From Bacillota bacterium (GTDB taxonomy: Bacteria > Bacillota > Proteinivoracia > UBA4975), in the NCBI GenBank assembly GCA_050949165.1, contig JBMNFF010000010.1, positions 150,251 to 214,250 on the forward strand: DNA of 64,000 nt, read 5' to 3'. Positions within the stretch are counted from its first letter, which is position 1; each line of letters opens with the position of its first letter. The translations under genes and the position numbers were made by a program. Under the pieces are notes generated by a model, which did not search any database, was not told where the DNA came from, and saw only the letters and a program-made list of their open reading frames with translations. Positions 48,025-58,931 of the stretch are shown piece after piece.

Positions 48025-49893
48025 TCACTTCATCATTTGGCAGACCTTGTTGGTGAAGTCCACCGGGTCTTCGATGGGTAGCCCTTCAATCAGCAGGGCC
48101 TGGTTGTAGAGGAGCTCGGTGTAGAGCTTAAATTTCTCCTGGTCCTGGCCATGGGCAGCCTTTAAGGCCTGGAAAACCTGGTGGTCGGTGTTGATCTCCA
48201 GAACCTTTTCCGCCTTGATGCCCTGGGCATTGGGCATGGCATTGAGGATCTTCTCCATCTCGATGGAAAGCTCGCCCTCATTGGCCAGGCAGACGGGGTG
48301 GGTCTTTAGCCGCTTGGAGGCCCGGACTTCCTTGATCCTGTCCCCCAGGATCTCCTTCATGGCGGCGAACAACTCTTTTTCTGCCTCATCGGCCTTGGCC
48401 TCCTCAGAATCTTCCATGCCGAGATCGCCGCTGGAAACCGATTTGAACTGCTTACCCTTGTACTCCCGCAGCATCTTGATGGCGAACTCGTCCACGTCCT
48501 CGGTGAAGAAGAGGATGTCATAGCCCTTGTCCCGGACGAACTCGGTCTGGGGCAGCTTCTCCAGCTTTTCCACCGACTCGCCGGCGGCATAGTAGATGTA
48601 CTTCTGGTCTGCGGGCATCTTGTCTACGTATTCCGCCAGGGTGACCAGCTTCTTCTCTTTGGAAGAATAGAAGAGCAGGAGATCCTGGAGGACGTCCTTA
48701 TTGCTGCCGAACTCGGTATAGACGCCGAATTTCAATTGGCGGCCGAAGGCCTTGAAAAAGGTCTCGTACTTCTCCCGATCATCCCGCAGCATATCCTCCA
48801 GCTCGCCCTTGATCTTGGACTTGATGTTCTTGGCAATTAACTTGAGCTGGCGGTCGTGCTGGAGCATCTCCCGGGAAATGTTCAGGGACAGGTCCTCAGA
48901 ATCCACCATGCCCTTGACGAAGCTGAAATAATCCGGCAGAAGGTCGGGACATTTGCTCATGATCAGAACGCCGCTGGCGTATAACTCCAGGCCCTTTTCA
49001 TATTCAGGGGTGTAAAAGTCAAAGGGGATCTGCTCGGGGATGAAGAGGATGGAGCGGTAGCTCACGGTCCCCTCGGCATTGATGTGCACGTGGCGCAAGG
49101 GCTTGTCAAAGCCATAACGCTTCTCGGTGTAGAAGTTGACGTAGTCCTCGTCCTTCAGCTCGTTCTTGTTCTTCTTCCAGATGGGGACCATGCTGTTGAT
49201 GACCTGCTCTTCGATGTACTCCTCGTACTCCTTGTCATTATCCGGCTTGGGCCTGCTCTTGGTCACATCCATCTTAATGGGGTAGCGGATGAAATCCGAG
49301 TATTTCTTGATAATCGAGGTGAGGCGGTACTCCTCTAAGAACTCATCGTACTCCTCATCCTCGGTGTTCTCCTTTATCTTGAGGATGACATCGGTGCCCA
49401 CAGAATTCTTCTCCCAAGGCTCTATGGTATATCCCTCGACGCCCCGGGATTCCCACTTGTAGGCTTGATCGCTGCCATGGGCCCGGCTGATTACGGTGAC
49501 GACATCCGCCACCATAAAGGCAGAATAAAAGCCGACGCCGAACTGGCCGATGATGGAGTGGTCATCCTGGGTTTCGTGCTCCTTCTTAAAGGCCAAAGAG
49601 CCGCTCTGGGCGATGACTCCCAGGTTGTCCTCCAGCTCCTCCCTGGTCATGCCGATGCCGGTATCGGAGACGGTGAGGAGGCGCTTTTCCTTGTCCACAT
49701 CGATTCTGATGTAATAGTCATCCTTGTTAAACTCAATGGAGTCGTCGGTCAGGGCCCTGTAATATATCTTGTCGATGGCATCGCTGGCATTAGATATTAG
49801 TTCCCGCAGGAAGATTTCCTTATGGGTGTAAATAGAATTGATCATCAAGTCCAAGAGGCGCTTGGACTCGGCCTGAAACTGTTTTAATTCCAA
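48025..49893 (-). CDS. htpG: Chaperone HtpG (Hsp90)
   Basis: [37 protein letters not shown]. Confidence 0.98.
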   Translation of the reverse strand: MELKQFQAESKRLLDLMINSIYTHKEIFLRELISNASDAIDKIYYRALTDDSIEFNKDDYYIRIDVDKEKRLLTVSDTGIGMTREELEDNLGVIAQSGSLAFKKEHETQDDHSIIGQFGVGFYSAFMVADVVTVISRAHGSDQAYKWESRGVEGYTIEPWEKNSVGTDVILKIKENTEDEEYDEFLEEYRLTSIIKKYSDFIRYPIKMDVTKSRPKPDNDKEYEEYIEEQVINSMVPIWKKNKNELKDEDYVNFYTEKRYGFDKPLRHVHINAEGTVSYRSILFIPEQIPFDFYTPEYEKGLELYASGVLIMSKCPDLLPDYFSFVKGMVDSEDLSLNISREMLQHDRQLKLIAKNIKSKIKGELEDMLRDDREKYETFFKAFGRQLKFGVYTEFGSNKDVLQDLLLFYSSKEKKLVTLAEYVDKMPADQKYIYYAAGESVEKLEKLPQTEFVRDKGYDILFFTEDVDEFAIKMLREYKGKQFKSVSSGDLGMEDSEEAKADEAEKELFAAMKEILGDRIKEVRASKRLKTHPVCLANEGELSIEMEKILNAMPNAQGIKAEKVLEINTDHQVFQALKAAHGQDQEKFKLYTELLYNQALLIEGLPIEDPVDFTNKVCQMMK

Positions 49894-49933
49894 CTATCTC
49901 TCCTCCTTCGTCAAATTTTGCCCAGCATTACAA

Positions 49934-49960
49934 TTAGCACTCTCGGCCCTTGAGTGCTAA
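49934..49960. promoter_or_regulatory. CIRCE element (HrcA operator)
   Basis: Perfect TTAGCACTC-N9-GAGTGCTAA upstream of htpG. Confidence 0.95.
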
Positions 49961-50038
49961 TTTTTATATAACAAATCCAACGGTCAAAGTCAACGCAGCC
50001 TCAATGAGCAAGGCCCCGCCAAAGCAGGGCCTGGTATG

Positions 50039-50605
50039 CTATTCCCCAGAGCAAGGTGTCTCCAGATAGGCGAGGATTCCCTTGGCCAGGGCTATCCCGA
50101 TTTCCTCGATATTTGCCATAATCCACTCTGCATCCTCGGGCTGGTCGTGGAAAGCTACTTCCACCAGAGCGGAAACTGCCGTGGTGTTGGCCAGTTCATA
50201 CAAGGGGACTCCAGGACCAAAATGGCTGTGCCCTTCCTTGACCCCTCTGCCCGGTGTGGGTGTAATTTTCTCCAACTCCTCATACACACATTTGGCAAAC
50301 TCCTCGCCTTCGGTGCCAAAATGCAGGCAGTAGATTTCCGCCCCCCGGGCAGTGCCGGGATCGGGCATGGCATTGGAGTGAATGGCCAGATGAAGGTCGG
50401 GATTCAGGGAATTGCTGTAGGCCACGGCCTCCCGCAAGCCCATGGCCCGGTCATTCCTATGTACAGTATGGCCATGCTCTTTTAAAACCCGCTCCGTATG
50501 GTCCGCCACCTGGTTCATCCGCTCTTCCTCTGTGCCGTAATCGCCGACGCCGATGTTCCCCTTCTGGGTAGAGGGACTCAGATAAATTACCGCCACATCT
50601 GTCAT
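50039..50605 (-). CDS. N-acetylmuramoyl-L-alanine amidase (Amidase_3)
   Basis: IYLSPSTQ, LAIHSNA, LVEVAFHD. Confidence 0.88.
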   Translation of the reverse strand: MTDVAVIYLSPSTQKGNIGVGDYGTEEERMNQVADHTERVLKEHGHTVHRNDRAMGLREAVAYSNSLNPDLHLAIHSNAMPDPGTARGAEIYCLHFGTEGEEFAKCVYEELEKITPTPGRGVKEGHSHFGPGVPLYELANTTAVSALVEVAFHDQPEDAEWIMANIEEIGIALAKGILAYLETPCSGE

Positions 50606-50623
50606 CTCCTTACAGTAATATGT

Positions 50624-50752
50624 GGAAGCATGGGGACGGTTCTTTTGCTTCCCAAATGTACAAGCTTACTACGATTATAGCACAAGGAGCCCTGTGCATT
50701 TCCAGTAATTTCTGCATTGAGACGAAGACGCATGGGACCGTTTTTTGCTTCC
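50624..50752. repeat. Two REP-like units (50624-50652 and a degenerate copy at 50724-50752)
   Basis: ggaagca-tggggacggttcttt-tgcttcc; gaagacgcatgggaccgttttttgcttcc. Confidence 0.7.
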
Positions 50753-50912
50753 CCTTTTCATAAACAGTTTTTTCCTGCCTAATAAATAAGGCACAGATTA
50801 GGTCGAGCCCGTGCCGAAAGCGATTACCTGCCGAGCGAGGAATTATTTTCGTCCCTCTGCCCCGGGAAATGTATTATAATGAAGAATAGGACAAGCTTAG
50901 GAGGTTGAATTA

Positions 50913-51668
50913 ATGAAGCTTATTTCGTGGAATGTCAACGGGCTCAGGGCCTGTTTGAACAAAGGATTTCTGGACTTCTTCCACCAGGCCGACAGCGATA
51001 TCTTCTGCCTGCAGGAGACCAAGCTCCAGGAAGGCCAGGTGGAACTGGACTTGGAGGGCTATGAGCAATACTGGAACTACGCTGTCAAAAAGGGGTACTC
51101 CGGGACTGCGGTCTTCACCAAGATCAAGCCCCTGGCGGTAACTTACGGAATTGGCCAGGAGGTCCATGACCAGGAGGGGCGGGTCATCACCCTGGAATTT
51201 GAGGAGTTCTACCTGGTCAATGTCTACACCCCCAACTCCCAGCGGGGGCTGGCCCGGCTGGAGTACCGCATGGAATGGGAAGACGCCTTCCAGAACTATC
51301 TCCAGGAATTGGATGCCAAGAAACCTGTAGTTCTCTGTGGCGACCTCAACGTCGCCCACAAGGAGATAGATATAAAGAACCCCGCCGCCAACCGCAAGAA
51401 TGCTGGCTTTACCGATGAGGAAAGGCAGAGGATGACGGAACTGCTGGACAAGGGTTTCATCGACACCTTCCGCCACTTCTATCCCGATAAAGAACATGCC
51501 TACACCTGGTGGTCCTACTTCCGCAATGCCCGGGAGCGCAACTCCGGCTGGCGGATTGACTACTTCCTGGTCTCGGAAAGGCTCAGGGATTCCCTGGCAG
51601 GGGCAGAAATACTATCCGACATTATGGGCAGCGACCACTGCCCCGTCGTGCTGGAGCTGAATATTTAA
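50913..51668 (+). CDS. xth: Exodeoxyribonuclease III
   Basis: SWNVNGLRA, LQETK, GDLNVAH, WRIDY, SDHCP. Confidence 0.97.
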   Translation: MKLISWNVNGLRACLNKGFLDFFHQADSDIFCLQETKLQEGQVELDLEGYEQYWNYAVKKGYSGTAVFTKIKPLAVTYGIGQEVHDQEGRVITLEFEEFYLVNVYTPNSQRGLARLEYRMEWEDAFQNYLQELDAKKPVVLCGDLNVAHKEIDIKNPAANRKNAGFTDEERQRMTELLDKGFIDTFRHFYPDKEHAYTWWSYFRNARERNSGWRIDYFLVSERLRDSLAGAEILSDIMGSDHCPVVLELNI

Positions 51669-51809
51669 TTATTGGGGCCGGTCCCAGGACCGGCCCCACA
51701 TTTTTCTCTCCTATACGTGTTTTAGCTAAAAACTTGGCTAAGATTACCTTGATTTTCCCTAAACAGACCGGTAGAATAGTCTCAAGATTGAAATATGGAG
51801 GTGGCCTCT

Positions 51810-52541
51810 GTGATTGTCACTACCTCTGATGTTCAGAACAGCTTCGGTAAATACCTGCAGCTCTGCCAGCAGGAAGAAGTGGTCATAACCAAGAACGGCA
51901 AGAAAGTCGCCAAATTGATCCCCTACACCGAGGATGGGGCCCTGGGCCGCTGGCTAATCGGCGAGGGCTCTCCAAGATACAGCCCCAAGGGTATCCGGGT
52001 AAGTTATGAAGAGTATTTGAGGATGACCGAGGAGAGCGAAAACCGCTATGAGTACATCGACGGCGAGATTATCCTCCTGGCCTCCCCCCTGTATCTCCAC
52101 CAGAAAGCAGTTAGGGAGATACTGGGCGAGTTCATAACCTGGTTCAGGGACAAGGACTGCGAACCCCTTACCGCCCCCTTCGATGTCATCCTCCACCGGC
52201 TGGGCAAAACAGAAAAAATCAACTCTGTCCAACCAGATATCATCGTCATCTGTGATAAAGACAAGATTGATGAGCAGGGCAAATATACAGGCACCCCTGC
52301 CCTGGTGGTGGAAGTCCTCTCGGAATCCACCCGCAGCCGGGATCTGGTGCAGAAGCTGGATTTGTACATGGAAAGCGGAATCCATGAATACTGGGTGGTC
52401 AATACCCAGTCCCGGGAGATTTACATCTACACCTTCGCCGACAACAAACTCGCCGACATCTTCACCTTTAAAGGCCATGAACAGGCCCAATCGGCAATCT
52501 TCCCGGGACTGAGCGTCAGCCTCCCGCAGGTATTTGCATAG
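51810..52541 (+). CDS. Phd/YefM antitoxin domain fused to a Uma2 endonuclease
   Basis: VQNSFGKYL...VVITKNGKKVAKL; YEYIDG, QPDIIV, LVVEVLSEST..D...K..LY...EYWVV. Confidence 0.9.
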   Translation: MIVTTSDVQNSFGKYLQLCQQEEVVITKNGKKVAKLIPYTEDGALGRWLIGEGSPRYSPKGIRVSYEEYLRMTEESENRYEYIDGEIILLASPLYLHQKAVREILGEFITWFRDKDCEPLTAPFDVILHRLGKTEKINSVQPDIIVICDKDKIDEQGKYTGTPALVVEVLSESTRSRDLVQKLDLYMESGIHEYWVVNTQSREIYIYTFADNKLADIFTFKGHEQAQSAIFPGLSVSLPQVFA

Positions 52542-52601
52542 CGGCAGTACGGAGAATCCAAATCTCTTTAGGATAATGCAATATTGAAAGGTGTGTAATC
52601 C

Positions 52602-53135
52602 GTGGAAATAAGAGTGGTAACAAAATCTGGTCTTCCCGCTGTTAAGGCGGTCCTCAAAGAAGCTTTTTGGCGCCAGGGGAAAAGCGAAGTATTTAACGAA
52701 TGGGAGTTGGCCCAGCGGGTGATGTCTGATGACGGATACATTGACGAACTGTGCTTGCTGGCAAAGGATGAGGACAATGTCGTCGGATACATTCTGCTAT
52801 CAAGGGCGACCATTGGGAATTTATCGGGCTTGAGCCTGGGCCCAGTCGCCGTCAAGCCAGTGCGCCAGAAAAGCGGTATCGGCAAGGCTTTGATGCGCCA
52901 CGCATTGAACAAGGCCAAGGAAATGGGCTTTGAATGGGTGGCAGTGCTGGGCGGCGATTACTACCGACAATTCGGATTTGTCGACGCCTCGGACTTCGGC
53001 GTCGTTCTCTCGGAGAACAACCCGGAAAATGTATACTTGAAGATTCTGTTCCTGCAGGATGACATGAGGACCATCCCCGGCGGGAAGCTGCGTTACTGCT
53101 CGTCTTTCTATGACGCAGATGGCGCCCTGCTATAG
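52602..53135 (+). CDS. GNAT acetyltransferase (YhbS-like)
   Basis: LGPVAV.P..QKSGIGKAL, VLGGDYY..FGF. Confidence 0.88.
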   Translation: MEIRVVTKSGLPAVKAVLKEAFWRQGKSEVFNEWELAQRVMSDDGYIDELCLLAKDEDNVVGYILLSRATIGNLSGLSLGPVAVKPVRQKSGIGKALMRHALNKAKEMGFEWVAVLGGDYYRQFGFVDASDFGVVLSENNPENVYLKILFLQDDMRTIPGGKLRYCSSFYDADGALL

Positions 53136-53209
53136 CCGAGGCTGCGGTCCAGCTTCCAGGTCGTCCGGGAATTATAAAACATCGAGGCCAGCCCCTCGGG
53201 CTGGCCTCG

Positions 53210-53400
53210 ATGTTTAACGGGATTGTTGACCACCCCGATGAAGAGGGGGGCGTCGCCGGCGCCGCCGGTGATGGCGAAGATGAAGGGTCGGTCCAGTTTC
53301 ATCACAATCTCATCTTCCGGTGGTGCTGCACCCCCCTTGACAATATGGGTATAAGCGGCTGCTTCACAGCCCTTCTCGTCGATGGAGATGGAACGCCACA
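53210..53400 (-). pseudogene. Serpin C-terminal remnant
   Basis: IDEKGCEAAAYT (hinge and RCL), DRPFIFAI, LFIGVVNNP; no N-terminal serpin body. Confidence 0.85.
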
Positions 53401-53510
53401 TCTCCGGAGGCTTCACCCTTATATTCGCATACCGGCTGGATTTCTGTCACTGACATGATAAAATGATTGAAAGCCAGGTTTTCAATGCACCGCTGGGAGG
53501 ATGTACCCTG

Positions 53511-54758
53511 ATGAAGAGAAGGAATGTCTGGTCCAGGGATCTTACCCTGATTACCGCAGGAACCGTAATCTCTGCCATCGCCGGCCAAACCATATCCCTG
53601 CCCCTGAGCTTGATGGTCTTCGACCAAACCCAATCTGCGCTGCTTTCTGCCATCATGTTTGTCAGCAGCATGCTTCCCAACTTTGTCTTGCCCCTTTTCG
53701 TCGCTCCCCTCATCGACCGCTGCAATAAAAAGCGCACCATCGTCACTCTGGATTATCTCACCGGCGCCCTCTACCTGCTGGTTGCCGCCATTGTCGCGAA
53801 AACGGGTTTTAATTACCAGCTCTTTGTCTTTTTCAGCCTGGTTGTCGGCAGCATAGGTTCAATTTACCAATTGACCTACACTGCCTGGTACCCGGATTTA
53901 ATCCCCGTCGGCTTTGAGCAACAGGGCTTTGCCGTCTCTTCATCCATTTACCCCACCGTAATTATGGTCATGAGTCCCGTTGCCGCCTGGCTCTATAAAA
54001 CGTATCCCTTCCACCTGATCTTGATAATAATTAGCCTTCTCACCCTAATTGCCGCCACCGTCGAGCTGTTTATCGGCAATCAGGGTCTGCGAAGGCGAGA
54101 AGGGAGATTGCGCTGGCAAGATTACTTGGCAGACTGTAAAGCTGGTATCGCCTATCTGAGGAAGGAAAAAGGCCTGAGAAATATCTATTCTTACATGGCC
54201 ATCACCGGTGGAGTCGGAACAGGCAATCATTTAATGGTACAAGCTTATTTTCAATCGGCCAACTTTCTGACTGTAACCATGCTGGCCTTCCTGCGCACAG
54301 CAGAGACCCTGGGCCGCATACTGGGCGGACTGGTGCAGTACAAGGTCAATATCAAGCCCCAGAGGCGATACGGCATTACGAAATTTGTCTATCTGTCCTA
54401 TGAGACCCTGGACCTGCTGCTGCTGTTCATGCCCTATCCGGCAATGGTAGCCAATCGGTTTATCTGCGGAGTCCTGGGCATGACCTCCTACACCCTGAGG
54501 GAGAGCAGTGTCATGTCCTACCTGCCCCCCGATATGCGGGCTAAAATTAACGCAGTCTTCAACGTAGCCAACAGCTTTTCTGCCATCGTCTTTCAACTCG
54601 GCGCCGGCTATGTCGGGGATATGTTGGGCTTTCGAAACTCGGTAATCCTGTTTACTGTTTTTTCCACCCTCGCCTTTTTCACTTGTATCGCGCTTCCCAC
54701 TGCAGTGAATCGCCGGGTCTATGAGGCGACCAGAAAGCTCCAGGACTCAGCTGTGTAG
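53511..54758 (+). CDS. MFS transporter
   Basis: About 12 TM helices; PLIDRCNKKR loop motif. Confidence 0.88.
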   Translation: MKRRNVWSRDLTLITAGTVISAIAGQTISLPLSLMVFDQTQSALLSAIMFVSSMLPNFVLPLFVAPLIDRCNKKRTIVTLDYLTGALYLLVAAIVAKTGFNYQLFVFFSLVVGSIGSIYQLTYTAWYPDLIPVGFEQQGFAVSSSIYPTVIMVMSPVAAWLYKTYPFHLILIIISLLTLIAATVELFIGNQGLRRREGRLRWQDYLADCKAGIAYLRKEKGLRNIYSYMAITGGVGTGNHLMVQAYFQSANFLTVTMLAFLRTAETLGRILGGLVQYKVNIKPQRRYGITKFVYLSYETLDLLLLFMPYPAMVANRFICGVLGMTSYTLRESSVMSYLPPDMRAKINAVFNVANSFSAIVFQLGAGYVGDMLGFRNSVILFTVFSTLAFFTCIALPTAVNRRVYEATRKLQDSAV

Positions 54759-55022
54759 TTTCGCCTGCCGCCTCCCTAAACATTGCTCAACAAAGGGTGT
54801 AGACAAAAAGGAACAGCATGTTCCCTTTACGAAACACGTTGTGGCGGCTCTGCAGGCAGGGACCTGGGGCCGTTAAACTGCATCCACCTGTTCCCTTTTG
54901 AGAACATGCGCAGCGGCGACCGCCCCCATCGCCGCTATGGCATCAATTTTGCACTGTATTGTTTATGGCAGGATGTTTCCCGCTCGACCCTGTACTTTTT
55001 ATATCTAGAAAGGAGAACTGTC

Positions 55023-56597
55023 ATGAGAGGAAGACGCATGAGAGTTTTATGTGGCCTGTTGGTACTGCTCTTAACCCTGACAGCTTTGGCCGGCTGCGCC
55101 GATACACCCAAGGATCCTGAACCAGGAGAAGACCCAGGTCAGGAACAAACCGGTGAGCCTGAATACGAAGAAAGAGAATTGCTCAACAAAAATTTGTTCG
55201 TATTTACCACTCAAGACGACTTCGCCCAGGGCCATAACGACGGAACCGTAGTCAGCAACTATGGCAATGGCGCAATTACCCTGGCAGACGGTTCCACCAG
55301 CGGGACTTATACTTCCCCCATTATCAAGACTTCTCCCTTTGAATACATGATCCTTTCCTGGAACGCAGATACTCCGGGGGACAGCAATGTCACCATTCAT
55401 GGCCGGGTTCGTGTCAAGGGAGAATGGTCCAAGTGGCTGTCCTGGGGAACTTGGAGCACATCCTCTTATCCCGGCGCCGACGGCAAGACGCGCATGCCCG
55501 GTTCCGCCACTGCCCCTGAGCAGGAGGACGCCATCGCCAAGGTTGCCACCGACGAGCTGTATGTCAAAGGCCGTGATGGAGAAACTGCAGACGCCTTCCA
55601 GTACCGCTTAATCCTCAACTCCGGCAGCGAAAGCGCCAACAAACCCCATGTCCGCCTCATGGCTTCCACCGTCAGAAACACTTTGGCAGGCCAGGCAATC
55701 CCTGCCGCTGTACCTGCCAATGCGGCGGAATTGGCCGAGCTTGACCACGATCTGGACGTGCCCGTTTACTCCCAGTCTGTTCGGGATCCCATGATCGCCA
55801 GCTCCATCTGCAGCCCCACCAGTGTCGCCATGGCTTTGGAATACTTCGGCCATGAAGTCACTCCGGAGCAATCAGCCTGGTTAGCCTGCGATTATGTCGG
55901 CAACATGTTCGGCAACTGGTCCTTTAACGTCGCCAGCGCCGCCAGCTTTGACCTTTCGGGATATGTAGCTTACTTTATCCAGGAAGAAGGCGGAGACCCC
56001 TGGCTCCAAGTCAAAGAACAGATTGCCGCCGGCAACCCTGTCATCGTCAGCGTTCGCTACAGGAGCCCAGAATCCTCCGAACCCTACCCTGTCGTCGAGG
56101 GCGTCCCCATTTCTTCCACCGGCGGCCATTTGGTCCTGGTCCGGGGCTTCACCTGGGAAAACGGGGTTGAGTATGTAATCGTAAATGACTCCGCCGCCAA
56201 AGACAATGAAGGGGTACACAGGAAGTATCGCGCCGATCAGTTTGCTGAGGCATGGCGGAAAGTCGCCTATGTAATCTACTCTGACCCCGCTGAAATCGGC
56301 GAGCCTTCTGCGCCCACCCCCATCCAGGCTGAACTGGTTGCGGTAGGCGAGCCCCAAGACGGCTTCCAGTATTTCGAGCTGAGGGTGGACGGTGAGGCCA
56401 TAAATGTCAGTGATGAACGCATGCGCGGCATTTCGGTATCCTACAACGGCCAAATTTCCACCTATGTAACCGTCAGGACTTCTATCCTGAGCAACTCCCA
56501 GTACTTGCGCTTTGAAACCAGCAATAAGCCCGGCACCTACACTTACACCTTCATCGACATGGACAAAAACACTTACCAGGCAACCATTGACTGGTAA
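55023..56597 (+). CDS. Lipoprotein with a peptidase C39-like domain
   Basis: Lipobox LAGC; SQ...ICSPTS.AM, GHL.LVRGF, VND. Confidence 0.85.
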   Translation: MRGRRMRVLCGLLVLLLTLTALAGCADTPKDPEPGEDPGQEQTGEPEYEERELLNKNLFVFTTQDDFAQGHNDGTVVSNYGNGAITLADGSTSGTYTSPIIKTSPFEYMILSWNADTPGDSNVTIHGRVRVKGEWSKWLSWGTWSTSSYPGADGKTRMPGSATAPEQEDAIAKVATDELYVKGRDGETADAFQYRLILNSGSESANKPHVRLMASTVRNTLAGQAIPAAVPANAAELAELDHDLDVPVYSQSVRDPMIASSICSPTSVAMALEYFGHEVTPEQSAWLACDYVGNMFGNWSFNVASAASFDLSGYVAYFIQEEGGDPWLQVKEQIAAGNPVIVSVRYRSPESSEPYPVVEGVPISSTGGHLVLVRGFTWENGVEYVIVNDSAAKDNEGVHRKYRADQFAEAWRKVAYVIYSDPAEIGEPSAPTPIQAELVAVGEPQDGFQYFELRVDGEAINVSDERMRGISVSYNGQISTYVTVRTSILSNSQYLRFETSNKPGTYTYTFIDMDKNTYQATIDW

Positions 56598-56704
56598 GCC
56601 ATACACCCTCCCTCCCCCCGACTGGTCCCACTGGTCGGGGCTTTTCTTTCTCTTGATGGTTTGGGAAGTCCTAAACCTAAAAACAAGTAAATGCCAGCCA
56701 TGTC

Positions 56705-56724
56705 ATATGACAGGGTTGTCATAT
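56705..56724. promoter_or_regulatory. Probable TetR operator
   Basis: Palindrome atatgaca-gggt-tgtcatat upstream of the TetR gene. Confidence 0.7.
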
Positions 56725-56764
56725 ATTTTTTTTCTGTGGTAATATTTTTGTTGAGGTGAGAATA

Positions 56765-57367
56765 GTGCCAACAAATACCTTCTTCAACCTCAGTGAAGCC
56801 AAAAGGAAGCGGATATTTGCCGCCGCAGTTGAGGAATTCGCCACCCGGCGCTTCAGCGAGGCTTCCATCAACCAGATCGTCAAAGAGGCCAGAATATCCC
56901 GGGGCAGCTTCTACCAGTACTTCAGGGGCAAAGAGGACCTGTACCTCTATGTCCTCACCGAAATCGGCAAGGAGAAGATATCCGCAGCTGTTCCCCAACA
57001 GATTCCGGAGAGCGACGATTTCTTCACCACTTATTTGACCATGGTCAAGGACATCCTGACCTGGGCTCGGGAGCGCCCCATGTACACCAGGATATGGATG
57101 CTCATGGAACTGGACGACAGCGAGTTTATCGCCAAGCTCATTGCCCAATTTCCGGATGCCTGGGGCAAACTCCGGGACCTCATCCAGCGGGACAAGCAGC
57201 TGGGACGCATCCGCCCCGATGTCGACAGCGACATGGTCATTCAAATCCTGTACAACCAGAACCTGCACTTTCAAAAGGCCATCATCCGCCAGGGGAATCT
57301 GGATGACCTCTTACCCCAGGCGGAAGAGCTCATCAAAATTATTCGAGGAGGGATTGCCATTGTTTAG
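56765..57367 (+). CDS. TetR/AcrR regulator
   Basis: ASINQIVKEARISRGSFYQYF..KEDLY. Confidence 0.93.
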   Translation: MPTNTFFNLSEAKRKRIFAAAVEEFATRRFSEASINQIVKEARISRGSFYQYFRGKEDLYLYVLTEIGKEKISAAVPQQIPESDDFFTTYLTMVKDILTWARERPMYTRIWMLMELDDSEFIAKLIAQFPDAWGKLRDLIQRDKQLGRIRPDVDSDMVIQILYNQNLHFQKAIIRQGNLDDLLPQAEELIKIIRGGIAIV

Positions 57368-58211
57368 GGTGAGGGGGCTCAAGTTCAAATACCCCAACAG
57401 CCAGGACTACGCTGTCAACGGAGTAGATTTTGAAATCCGCCAGGGAGAGATCTTCGGCTTTCTGGGACCCAGCGGCGCCGGCAAAAGCACTACCCAGAAA
57501 CTCCTAATCAGGCTGCTCAAGGACTACCAAGGCGAGATCCTCTACCGGGGCAAGAAGCTGACGGAGTATAGTGACGAGTTTTACCAGGACATCGGCGTTT
57601 CCTTTGAGATGCCCATTTCTTTTTCTAAGCTTACGGCCATGGAAAACCTGGAATTCTTTCGGCGTCTGTACAAGAGTACCGTGGATGTGGAGCCCCTCCT
57701 CAAGCGGGTGGGCCTGTGGGATGCCCGGCACAAGAAGGCTGGAGAATATTCCAAGGGCATGAAAATCCGCCTCAACTTCGTCCGGGCCCTGCTGAACAAC
57801 CCGAAAATGCTCTTCCTGGATGAGCCCACCAACGGCATCGATCCCGTCAACGGCAAGATCATGAAGGACATGATCCGGGAGTTTCGGGACCAGGGCGGCA
57901 CAGTCTTTCTCACCAGTCACATCATGAGCGATGTGGACGAACTCTGCGATCGGGTTGCCTTCATAGTCAACGGCAAACTGCAGGAAGAGGACTCGCCTCG
58001 AAATCTCAAGCTCAAGTACGGCAAGCGCATTGTCAAGGTGGAGTATCGGGAGAATGGGGATGTGGTGAGCAAAGAGTTCACCATGGAGGAAATCAAGACC
58101 CCGGAATTCTTTGAGCTCCTCAAGGCCAAGGATATCGAGACCCTGCACAGCGGCGAGACCACCCTGGAGGACATCTTCATCCAGGTGACGGGAGTGGGCC
58201 TCAATGGCTAG
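57360..58211 (+). CDS. ABC-2 ATP-binding protein (fluoroquinolone-exporter-like)
   Basis: GPSGAGKS, YSKGM, LDEPT; TTG start. Confidence 0.92.
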   Translation: MFRVRGLKFKYPNSQDYAVNGVDFEIRQGEIFGFLGPSGAGKSTTQKLLIRLLKDYQGEILYRGKKLTEYSDEFYQDIGVSFEMPISFSKLTAMENLEFFRRLYKSTVDVEPLLKRVGLWDARHKKAGEYSKGMKIRLNFVRALLNNPKMLFLDEPTNGIDPVNGKIMKDMIREFRDQGGTVFLTSHIMSDVDELCDRVAFIVNGKLQEEDSPRNLKLKYGKRIVKVEYRENGDVVSKEFTMEEIKTPEFFELLKAKDIETLHSGETTLEDIFIQVTGVGLNG

Positions 58212-58929
58212 GCTGGGAATTTTGGTCCAGGGCGAGTTGGACCGGCTCAAGAAATACAACCTCTTCACGGCAACCACGGTGGTGCTCTTGCTGTGGGTAG
58301 GCATGACCTGGCTGCTGGAAGCCGAGGAAATTGCCGCCTTTGTGCCCCTGATCCTCCTCATGGATAGCACCGCGATGACCGTTGCCCTGGTGGGCGCCAC
58401 CCTCTTTTACGAAAAGAAGGAGCATACCATTAACTCCATCCTGGTCACACCGGTCCGGGAAGCCGAGTACATTCTGGTCAAAGTAATCGTCAGCATCATA
58501 AACTCCCTGTTAACCCTCATCGCCCTGGCGGCGGCAGTGTATTTCCTCAAAGGTGTAACCTTTAACTGCGTCCAGGCTGCAGCTGCAGTTGTAATTATTA
58601 CCGTATTTCATACCCTGCTGGCAATATGGTTTGCCTACTTCTCCAAGAACTTCACATCTCTGCTGGTCAACTTCATGCTCTATGTATTAATCCTGATGCT
58701 GCCCGGCGTCTTGGCAGATTTGGGAGTCATAGGGGAAAAGATCTCCCGATTCTTTCTCATCCTGCCCCCCGACGCCGCCGGCACCATCCTCAAGGCCGGC
58801 TTCGTCACCGTGGAACTGTGGAAGATAGTCTTCGGCTTTGTCTATTTAGCCGCCCTCTCCCTTGCCCTCTACAAGTGGATCATAAAGCCCCGCTTCAACG
58901 ATTACGCCATGCGGGAAACGGGGGTGTAA
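58204..58929 (+). CDS. ABC-2 permease
   Basis: 6 TM helices; EKKEHT..SILVTP. Confidence 0.88.
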   Translation: MARLGILVQGELDRLKKYNLFTATTVVLLLWVGMTWLLEAEEIAAFVPLILLMDSTAMTVALVGATLFYEKKEHTINSILVTPVREAEYILVKVIVSIINSLLTLIALAAAVYFLKGVTFNCVQAAAAVVIITVFHTLLAIWFAYFSKNFTSLLVNFMLYVLILMLPGVLADLGVIGEKISRFFLILPPDAAGTILKAGFVTVELWKIVFGFVYLAALSLALYKWIIKPRFNDYAMRETGV

Positions 58930-58931
58930 AA

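Noticed and set aside
50770-50845. Possible riboswitch or ribozyme (GGCAC...GTGCC-GAAA) between the amidase and xth
   Set aside because: Lacks the conserved cores I know for c-di-GMP-I (GCAAA...GACGCAAA), hammerhead (CTGATGA) and others; only an Infernal search could rescue it.
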